Of a stretch of DNA of 64,000 nt, positions 57,444 through 64,000 are shown one piece after another. The position numbers and the translations under genes are program-made. The first letter of the stretch is position 1; the number at the start of each line of letters is the position of its first letter. This DNA is from a virus. Below the pieces are notes generated by a model. It did not search any database. It was not told the origin of the DNA and saw only the letters and a list, made by a program, of their open reading frames with translations. The DNA is taken from positions 1-64,000 of IMG/VR virus record IMGVR_UViG_3300009512_000010; one strand, 5' to 3'.

Positions 57444-58337
57444 TTAACGTTTACTTTTTTGGTAAGCGTTGTACTCTTTACGGCGTTCTGCTTCGGCTTT
57501 CTTTTTTGCTGGAGTATCCTTTGACATGGATCCAGTCTTAACAACACCAGAGTTCTTAATACGATTGATAAGCTTCAAGTTCTCATCAAGAGATTCTTTG
57601 TACATATTCAATTCGTACTTACTGCCCATGTTATAGACTTGTACTTGAATAGCACCCTTGTCACCCTTTAGGCGATAGCTGTTTGTCTTACCATTTCCTG
57701 GTTTACGTGGGCCAGAAGCAACCTTGTCATCAATTTCACTAGGCTTAACGGTAATTCCGTAGTTCTTTTTGGCAGACGCATATGCGTGTTGCATAGCACC
57801 AGAGAAGTCTTTGTGGTAAATTTCGTATGGAGCTTTTTTGGCTTCAGATACTTGACGCAACATAGCTTCAGATAAAGCAGATTCCATTGCAGTTTTCTTA
57901 ACCAAGGCGTGAAACTGATCATCCCCTTTAACCTTATTAACAGCCTTTGACATAATCTTCCTGTGCTCAGGACCATTAAGCATTTGCTTGTATAGCTTAT
58001 CAAACTTCTTCTTTTGTGCAGAAGTCATTTCATCAAGTTCTACAGACTCAACAAATCCTTTGTCGCCCTGCTTCTTGCCATGGTTCATGACCTTTTTGCC
58101 AATAGGGGTAAGATTGCCCTTCTTGTCATACATTGTATTGACAAGCTTCTTTTCGGCGGCAGTGAGTTCTTGTACTACTTCTACCTCTTCTTTAGGCACA
58201 CAGTTAGGAACTTCTTTTCCACCCTTTTTCTTCATACCAACTTGTTTGTGACTATCCCAACAAGGATCGTCATTCTCATTAGTTGCCTTGAATTTAAGGT
58301 TCTCTAATAGCTTATCTTTGAATGTCATTTTAGTCAT
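57444..58337 (-). CDS. Putative internal head protein (mosaic of short basic modules)
   Basis: MTFKDKLLE; PCWDSHKQVGMKKKGGKEVPNCVP motif; many [LV]-x-E sites. Confidence 0.65.
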   Translation of the reverse strand: MTKMTFKDKLLENLKFKATNENDDPCWDSHKQVGMKKKGGKEVPNCVPKEEVEVVQELTAAEKKLVNTMYDKKGNLTPIGKKVMNHGKKQGDKGFVESVELDEMTSAQKKKFDKLYKQMLNGPEHRKIMSKAVNKVKGDDQFHALVKKTAMESALSEAMLRQVSEAKKAPYEIYHKDFSGAMQHAYASAKKNYGITVKPSEIDDKVASGPRKPGNGKTNSYRLKGDKGAIQVQVYNMGSKYELNMYKESLDENLKLINRIKNSGVVKTGSMSKDTPAKKKAEAERRKEYNAYQKSKR

Positions 58338-58373
58338 CTTTCCCAGAAGTTCCCATATCTTACGTTGTTAAGA

Positions 58374-58568
58374 CTATTTATAAGATTTAATTTGGCTATT
58401 TTTTACTGATTCGACAGGCAAAACCTTACGTGCTTTCCGAAGTTTGCGGTACTCTTCGGACAGGTGTACGGTTACACCACTCACTATGTTGTGTGCGGCC
58501 TTCGTCCTGTTTACTACCCCATAGAGTTGCTCTTGAGATGGTATCGAATAAACGGATCCTATTTTCAT
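58374..58568 (-). CDS. Small hypothetical protein
   Basis: ATGA overlap with upstream gene. Confidence 0.5.
   Translation of the reverse strand: MKIGSVYSIPSQEQLYGVVNRTKAAHNIVSGVTVHLSEEYRKLRKARKVLPVESVKNSQIKSYK
58375..58382 (-). promoter_or_regulatory. T4-type late promoter TATAAATA
   Basis: Exact motif upstream of the 58337 start. Confidence 0.75.
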
Positions 58569-59440
58569 ACGCTCTTTACCTCAAACAGTTCGTGAAGATC
58601 TTTGACGTTATCAAGGCTGTATCTAGATTTGACGTGCGATTTCAATCTACCCTGACAACGATAACCAGCACCAACAACACGATAGGTCTTATCACCAACC
58701 GTGCGTACTTTACTGCCTGATGCACCTAATCGAAACTCTACGTCCATAGCTCCTTTTAGCTCAGGTATGGGTAGTCTCAGGGGATTTTTGCCAAGATAGA
58801 ACAGACCTGCGCCACCGATCTGAATGTAATAAACATTCTTACGATTGTATGCCTTGGCAATGTTCTTAGTATCGGGAAATGATCGTGTGGCATTCATTTC
58901 TTTTAACAAGCCCGCATTCTTAGCGGCAATCCAAGCTTCTTTAGTCACCGAACCAAATGGTATCGTATATGGCACTTTGCTATGAAGTTCTTTGGGTTCT
59001 TGTTTACGAATGAAATCCACCCAAACCTTGAGTGGAGCATCTTGCACTTTAGCGGCTTTCATAAAGAATGGGATAGCGTCAGCATCAACCGCATCGGGCT
59101 GAACAAGAGTACATGTTTTTTCATTACTGTCTATTCGTATAGACGTACCACCCATCTGTGGAAACATGTCAAGTTTGACCTCAATATTGAATTGCTCACC
59201 TCTGTAAGTTGCTTCAATATCTCCTGCGCCTTGGTTACTGAACCCTGCACCATTAACACTACCAACATCTAATCCATCAATCTTGGCGGATTTCATGATA
59301 TCAAAAACTTTTGTTTCGTAATCTAAGGCTCTTGATCCTGTTGGTTCTTCTAGTGGCGTTGCTAACGCCTCTGCTTCATAGTTCATATTGATCTGCCAAT
59401 GTAGATCATGATGCCTCGTTGATCTGCCTTTATATATCAA
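58565..59440 (-). CDS. Putative PD-(D/E)xK endonuclease
   Basis: YE...AGDIE......NIEVK, YYIQIG..GLFYLG.NP; TTG start after AAGGAG. Confidence 0.65.
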   Translation of the reverse strand: MIYKGRSTRHHDLHWQINMNYEAEALATPLEEPTGSRALDYETKVFDIMKSAKIDGLDVGSVNGAGFSNQGAGDIEATYRGEQFNIEVKLDMFPQMGGTSIRIDSNEKTCTLVQPDAVDADAIPFFMKAAKVQDAPLKVWVDFIRKQEPKELHSKVPYTIPFGSVTKEAWIAAKNAGLLKEMNATRSFPDTKNIAKAYNRKNVYYIQIGGAGLFYLGKNPLRLPIPELKGAMDVEFRLGASGSKVRTVGDKTYRVVGAGYRCQGRLKSHVKSRYSLDNVKDLHELFEVKSV

Positions 59441-59466
59441 CTCACTTCTCCTTGATAAGTTGATAC

Positions 59467-59474
59467 TATTTATA
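59467..59474 (-). promoter_or_regulatory. T4-type late promoter TATAAATA
   Basis: Exact motif upstream of the 59440 start. Confidence 0.75.
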
Positions 59475-59478
59475 CCAT

Positions 59479-59661
59479 CTACTTGCGGCGAATAAACACC
59501 TTATTACCGATACTCTCTACATAGAATTGGTATTGTTCGAAATTGTCATCCATAAGATCTACGTTAAGAGTTTTGATAGTAGCTTGCAGAGATACCATCT
59601 CTGCTTCGCTAACATCTTCGGCATATAGATCTGGATCACGTTTGTCCATAATCAGTTTCAT
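59479..59661 (-). CDS. Small hypothetical protein
   Basis: ORF with GGGGA SD. Confidence 0.6.
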   Translation of the reverse strand: MKLIMDKRDPDLYAEDVSEAEMVSLQATIKTLNVDLMDDNFEQYQFYVESIGNKVFIRRK

Positions 59662-59671
59662 AACCTATCCC

Positions 59672-60646
59672 CTATGAAGCCAGTGCGTATTGCACTGCCT
59701 TCTCTGCCGCTTTCATCTTGCGGTTTTGGTTTGCGCCGAACCACTGGCTGTGGAGACGATTTTCTGCATTACGACCTTGAACGTGGTCTGTAACATAAGT
59801 TACTGAGTTGAATGCTTGCCACCAAGATCCTTCGGCGTAGTTGGCTCCCGGTTGGCTCTCTAACACATCATAGCAGTTCTTTGCTTGACGTGACAGATCA
59901 TCAACTGTCTTCACTGAGGCAACCTTACGCTTAGTGTCAGTGTGTGGGAACACATCGTTGTAGAAGTTGATGAGTTCTTCGGCACCGTAGCGGCGTGATC
60001 CAATGAACTGAGCCATCTCTTTATACTTCTCAAACTTCTCGTGTGCGATACCCAAGTGCTCTTTAGCCTGTTGTGGATCAAAAGCTTTACGGTGTGACAC
60101 CTTCTCAACACGCTTATCGTTAGCGTTAAGAGACATAGTCAATGTGTTGTTGCATACCACACGAACAGGTGTGAAGCGCACATCGATTGACTTACCGTAC
60201 ATGTGTGGATTGGAGAACAGCAAGAATGATTCTACTGTATCATCACCAAAGACATCGAAGCTTTCCTTGACCTTAGCCAAAGCCCATACCTGTTGACCAC
60301 CTTTAAGCGATCCCGCAGTATGCATCTCCATATCTCCTGCGGCAATGTATTCCGCAAAGAATTCAAACGCAGTCTCGTTCTGCACAGGGTTCCAATTCTC
60401 TCCAACATTGGTCAGAACTGAGTTATCAGATGTACGGATCAGGGACTGTTGTCCTGTCTTGATCTGTTGACCGTTAACGTTCACGAATGAATCGTGCTTC
60501 TCGACGTTCCAATCAAGACCCGCTTTTTGCATCATCTGAACAGGAGTGAGTTCGTTAGATACCTGAGTACCCAAGCCATGCCAAGGCGTATCGCCCGCAT
60601 AAGCCATCTGAGCAACACCGTCGATAATTTCTACTTCATGTGACAT
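59672..60646 (-). CDS. DUF932/DUF945-family protein
   Basis: PWHGLG, AGLDW.V, PVQN..AF.FF, TAGSL.GG..VW.LA, TPVRVVCNNTL, WW.AFN.VT...DH. Confidence 0.9.
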   Translation of the reverse strand: MSHEVEIIDGVAQMAYAGDTPWHGLGTQVSNELTPVQMMQKAGLDWNVEKHDSFVNVNGQQIKTGQQSLIRTSDNSVLTNVGENWNPVQNETAFEFFAEYIAAGDMEMHTAGSLKGGQQVWALAKVKESFDVFGDDTVESFLLFSNPHMYGKSIDVRFTPVRVVCNNTLTMSLNANDKRVEKVSHRKAFDPQQAKEHLGIAHEKFEKYKEMAQFIGSRRYGAEELINFYNDVFPHTDTKRKVASVKTVDDLSRQAKNCYDVLESQPGANYAEGSWWQAFNSVTYVTDHVQGRNAENRLHSQWFGANQNRKMKAAEKAVQYALAS

Positions 60647-60684
60647 TGTATTTCCCTTCACTTGTTTTCATAACTAATATAAAC

Positions 60685-60713
60685 AATATAGCATATTGAT
60701 TCGGAGTTGTCAA
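60685..60713 (-). promoter_or_regulatory. Early promoter with GANTC motif
   Basis: TTGACA-17-TATATT; TGATTCG at 60697-60703. Confidence 0.78.
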
Positions 60714-60716
60714 CCC

Positions 60717-60902
60717 CTAATCGAAGAAGTTTCCTTCAACCCAATCAAAAGCATTAGTGATCCCAACTTGGAACCATGCGCCATCTTTAGATCCTGCAAA
60801 TTTCCACAGGAGTTCTTTGTTGGCGGCTTCCATGGCACGGCTACAAGTTCCGTGCTCTTCAGTAAAGGTTACCCCATATGCGTTGAATGTATAAGTTTCC
60901 AT
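60717..60902 (-). CDS. Small hypothetical early protein
   Basis: METYTF start after AGGAG. Confidence 0.65.
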   Translation of the reverse strand: METYTFNAYGVTFTEEHGTCSRAMEAANKELLWKFAGSKDGAWFQVGITNAFDWVEGNFFD

Positions 60903-60912
60903 AATATATCTC

Positions 60913-61182
60913 CTAAGCGAACATTGGTTGCATGTTTGAGAACACAGCATTGTAGGCATTTACTTCACTGCTATAGTACTCAAAGAATTCGTCATCATCT
61001 TCAAAAGCTACAACAGCTACTTTTCCGTTGAAGAAATCATTTTGACTTGCAACGTATTCTGTCCAACAACGATCCATAGCTTCCATACCCTCAAGAGTAT
61101 CACCACGACCATGGCGTTTCATAGTGTCCCAACCTTCTTGGAAGGATACTTCGTCTTGGTAAAAATTAGGAATTCTAAACAT
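60913..61182 (-). CDS. Small hypothetical early protein
   Basis: ORF behind promoter cassette. Confidence 0.7.
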   Translation of the reverse strand: MFRIPNFYQDEVSFQEGWDTMKRHGRGDTLEGMEAMDRCWTEYVASQNDFFNGKVAVVAFEDDDEFFEYYSSEVNAYNAVFSNMQPMFA

Positions 61183-61187
61183 GTAAG

Positions 61188-61243
61188 TCTCGCTTTCTTT
61201 GTTTCTATACCATCTTTGTACCTGATTCGATATCAGATGTCAA
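61188..61243 (-). promoter_or_regulatory. Early promoter plus leader cassette (33-bp copy at 32814-32846)
   Basis: TTGACA-17-TACAAA; TGATTCG at 61223-61229. Confidence 0.75.
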
Positions 61244-61250
61244 GCCCTAT

Positions 61251-61634
61251 TTAATTATATTCGACAATTTGTAGAAGTTCTGTTACCAAACGCTTACCGT
61301 AGGCGGTGAACAAGATCCCTTGCTTCCAAACCCAACCTTCTACACACTGACTATTATAGAATGTCTCAGTTTGGGTCATCCAACGTAGAGCACTTTTACG
61401 ATTAGGGGCACCAAGCTTCATGTATGCTTTGATGTCTTGCTCCACCTGTGCAACAGCTTTCAACTCTTGTACACGATCAAACTCAGCATTAGATGCCAAC
61501 TCTTCGCAAAGCTGATCCCAACGAACTTGCTTTTCAGTAGGTGCCATTGAGTTCCAGTTATCCATGATTACACCACGAGGGCGGAAGCCATAGACTTCTT
61601 TGTGAAGATCTGAAAATACGTTATCGTCATACAT
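61251..61634 (-). CDS. Hypothetical early protein
   Basis: FSDLHKEVYGFRPRG...LGAPNRKSALRWM. Confidence 0.75.
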   Translation of the reverse strand: MYDDNVFSDLHKEVYGFRPRGVIMDNWNSMAPTEKQVRWDQLCEELASNAEFDRVQELKAVAQVEQDIKAYMKLGAPNRKSALRWMTQTETFYNSQCVEGWVWKQGILFTAYGKRLVTELLQIVEYN

Positions 61635-61661
61635 GATTCTCTCCTATTTGCTTTCATAACT

Positions 61662-61690
61662 AATATGACACAAAGGAGTTTAGCTGTCAA
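61662..61690 (-). promoter_or_regulatory. Sigma70 early promoter
   Basis: TTGACA-17-CATATT. Confidence 0.65.
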
Positions 61691-61693
61691 GTC

Positions 61694-63727
61694 TTATTTT
61701 GTGGTTGCTCTAAAGATCCCATCCCAATCCTTTGGGAGATCTTGTGTCTTCATATACTCACAACGTTCAATCCAGATGTCATAATAGTCATCCATCTTGC
61801 CTTCGAACTTACCCTTCATATCTTTACAGATGTAGATAGCTTCGTCAAAGTGCTGTGTTGCATAGAAGTTGTGCATAGTGTTGTGATTGAGCATATCCAC
61901 ACCATGTTTGTTAAGGTCAATGTCTAATACTGTATAAATCGTTAACCCTACAGTCTTACCCTTAACGGCAAGATTGTCAAGTTGTAAATAAAAGAAATCA
62001 TTTTGCGTTAGCTCGTAGGTATGGGGTCCCACAATTAATAGAACCCCATACCCTTTGCATGCGCTCTCTAGTCGAGCGGCTGTACTGACACTGTCTCCGA
62101 GGATATCATAGGAGTGTCTGGATGTAGAACCCATCTCTCCAATATAACCAAGGCCAGTATTAATGCCAGCACCCATACCGACTTGCGGTTTACCTTGTTC
62201 CATAAGTTTTTCATTAAATTTCTCCACTGCTTTTAGCATGTTTAGTCCAACCTGTACCGCAGTCTTTGGATGACTGGGATCTGGGATTGGAGCGTTGTGT
62301 ATGTGCATAGTTGCGTCACCGATATATTTGATGATCATTCCGTTGGCATCTAGCACAGGTTGTGTTATTGCATCCATGTAACTGTTCATCACTGTTGTCA
62401 AACCTTTAACATCATCTCCGAACGATTCACCCAATGGGGTGAAACCTCTAAGATCAGAAAATACAATGCTTACTTTTTTCTTCCGACCTTCTTTAATTAG
62501 TTGTGGGTTCTTCTGTAGTAACTCCACAACTTCTGGTGAAGCATATCCACCGAATTGTTTCTTAATTGCTTGTTTCTCTAGGAACTCTCTAACAAACTTA
62601 ATACCATATACTTGCAATGCTATGATCACAAAGACTATGGTAGGTGCTGTCACATCTATTAGCATCTTCTCTGTATTATACATGTACATTGAATATGGTA
62701 TGACAGAACCGATAAGAACACCTGTCGCAATCAGTCCTACTATCATCCATTTGCTTAGTGCAATTAGAGCCAAGCCACCAATCACAATAGCAAGTAGTTC
62801 CGCCATTGGTGCCCAATCGGGACGTTGGATGTTAGTTCCATTAAACATTGTGCCTAGAACTGCCGCTTGGACTTCCCCTGCATATACAGATCCCATAGCA
62901 GTTGGGGTAGGATTGGCTATACCTGCGGCTGTCACGTCAACGATAACAACTGCACCATCAAAGTTTGGTAGATCCGTTATGGACACTCTCTTACTCTTTT
63001 GGCTCCAATCGATCCAGACACGACCTTCACTGTCAGTTGGGATAATACCGAACTGAGGGATCCTCATCTTCTCTATACCGTTGGGCTGTAATTTGATTTG
63101 AAAGCTAATGTCGCCTGCAAGAACACGTAATGTCTCAAGTGCTAGGCTAGGGTATAGTGTACCATCAACCATTGCTACGGTTGGCATACGTCTAACCACA
63201 CCATCTATCTCTGGTTCTGTGCTAATGATCCCTGCACCAACAGAGTTTTGTTCTATGATTGGGACGTTAGCAATTATGCCATCGTATGGAAGAATTGCAT
63301 GCAAATGCTCTGGATTGATAATAGCCGCACCAGGATTGATAGGTTCGTTCTTAGTTTTGTCTGATGGGCGTGAAGCTAGGACTACAGGATAATCGTATAG
63401 AATATCACCCATATATGCATCACCACCTAAACGATCCTCTTCTGGCATCATGATTGTCCAGACCACAAGACCCGCACCCGAATCATATAAACCTTTTATT
63501 ATATCACCATAAACGTTTCTTGGAAAGGGGTATTGACCATATTTGTTTAAAGCTTCTTCATCTATCTCTGCAACATAGATGTTATTATCTACAGGCTCTT
63601 GGTTAATGATCAGTTGATCAAAATAGTTCAGTCTAATGCTTTGTACAAAGTTAGACGGATATACAAACGTATATACTAAAACTGCTAGGGTTAATATTGC
63701 CCACCAAGGACTCAATAGTTTCTTCAT
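61694..63727 (-). CDS. CHASE2-domain class III adenylate/guanylate cyclase
   Basis: N-terminal TM, CHASE2 (IDEEAL.KYGQYPFPR, DGVVRR.P), three TMs, cyclase FSDLRGFT, KYIGDA, GINTG, GEMGS, YDILGDSVSTAARLE. Confidence 0.93.
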   Translation of the reverse strand: MKKLLSPWWAILTLAVLVYTFVYPSNFVQSIRLNYFDQLIINQEPVDNNIYVAEIDEEALNKYGQYPFPRNVYGDIIKGLYDSGAGLVVWTIMMPEEDRLGGDAYMGDILYDYPVVLASRPSDKTKNEPINPGAAIINPEHLHAILPYDGIIANVPIIEQNSVGAGIISTEPEIDGVVRRMPTVAMVDGTLYPSLALETLRVLAGDISFQIKLQPNGIEKMRIPQFGIIPTDSEGRVWIDWSQKSKRVSITDLPNFDGAVVIVDVTAAGIANPTPTAMGSVYAGEVQAAVLGTMFNGTNIQRPDWAPMAELLAIVIGGLALIALSKWMIVGLIATGVLIGSVIPYSMYMYNTEKMLIDVTAPTIVFVIIALQVYGIKFVREFLEKQAIKKQFGGYASPEVVELLQKNPQLIKEGRKKKVSIVFSDLRGFTPLGESFGDDVKGLTTVMNSYMDAITQPVLDANGMIIKYIGDATMHIHNAPIPDPSHPKTAVQVGLNMLKAVEKFNEKLMEQGKPQVGMGAGINTGLGYIGEMGSTSRHSYDILGDSVSTAARLESACKGYGVLLIVGPHTYELTQNDFFYLQLDNLAVKGKTVGLTIYTVLDIDLNKHGVDMLNHNTMHNFYATQHFDEAIYICKDMKGKFEGKMDDYYDIWIERCEYMKTQDLPKDWDGIFRATTK

Positions 63728-64000
63728 TAGTTACCGTTCTGGTCTATGTTAAGTGCGCAACCAGTATCAAGAAAACAAGTTCCCACAACAGAATATGTCA
63801 TACTGTTAGATCCGTACTGTGTAGAGTTAATATCTGCCATTGCATTACTTCCTGTTTCAATATCTATACTCACAGAATGGTTGCCAGATCCTGTCTGAGA
63901 TATATCGAAATCATGGGGTGAGCCTAACATATCGAGAAATGCGTATTTGGATGATCCTGTCTGTGTCAACAGCACGTCATTATCATCACCACTAACCATG
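63727..64000 (-). CDS. Curlin-repeat-like protein (5' end outside window)
   Basis: GDDNDVLLTQTG, FDISQTGSGNH, INSTQYGSNS, LNIDQN: repeated hydrophobic-x-Q-x-G-x-x-N units. Confidence 0.6.
   Translation of the reverse strand, partial: MVSGDDNDVLLTQTGSSKYAFLDMLGSPHDFDISQTGSGNHSVSIDIETGSNAMADINSTQYGSNSMTYSVVGTCFLDTGCALNIDQNGN

Noticed and set aside
1-64000. CRISPR array, DGR, IS element or integrase
   Set aside because: No regularly spaced repeats, reverse transcriptase, transposase or recombinase motifs seen; the dispersed repeats are promoter cassettes
1-64000. Stop-codon reassignment
   Set aside because: Core genes are full length in the standard code, TAA/TAG/TGA all end genes, and tRNA-Trp has the normal CCA anticodon

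Overview
64-kb segment of a marine-type T4-like myophage genome (about 40% GC by eye, standard genetic code), probably infecting an alphaproteobacterium. Calls come from motif recognition and synteny; no database search was run. 1-20.5 kb is the baseplate/tail module: DUF4815/VrlC-like, gp8, gp9-like, gp7-like, gp6, gp25, a gp5 locus split over three genes, gp27-like, gp53, gp48, gp4, gp2, gp54/19-like, gp26, gp51 and a tape measure. The rest holds gp32, gp33, many small early genes behind sigma70 promoters, a radical-SAM/2OG-Fe(II)/GNAT/sulfotransferase island, an ABC-ATPase-GNAT + m6A methylase + nuclease-like trio, tRNA-Trp and tRNA-Arg, an 8-gene glycosylation island, exonuclease, PhoH, DenV-like, RNase H, GIY-YIG, nrdB/nrdA, spanins, a late cluster of putative internal head proteins, DUF932, and a CHASE2 adenylate cyclase next to a curlin-like gene. 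Best leads: (1) early promoters carry the CcrM/GcrA-type GANTC motif (TGATTCG) in the -35/-10 spacer, mostly where the -10 box is weak, suggesting methylation-dependent activation by the host cell-cycle regulator; (2) the radical-SAM/oxygenase/sulfotransferase island; (3) a candidate -1 frameshift joining gp26 to gp51 just before the tape measure; (4) the cyclase-curlin module; (5) nucleases, a kinase and a nucleotidyltransferase-like protein with T4-type capsid-targeting N-termini.
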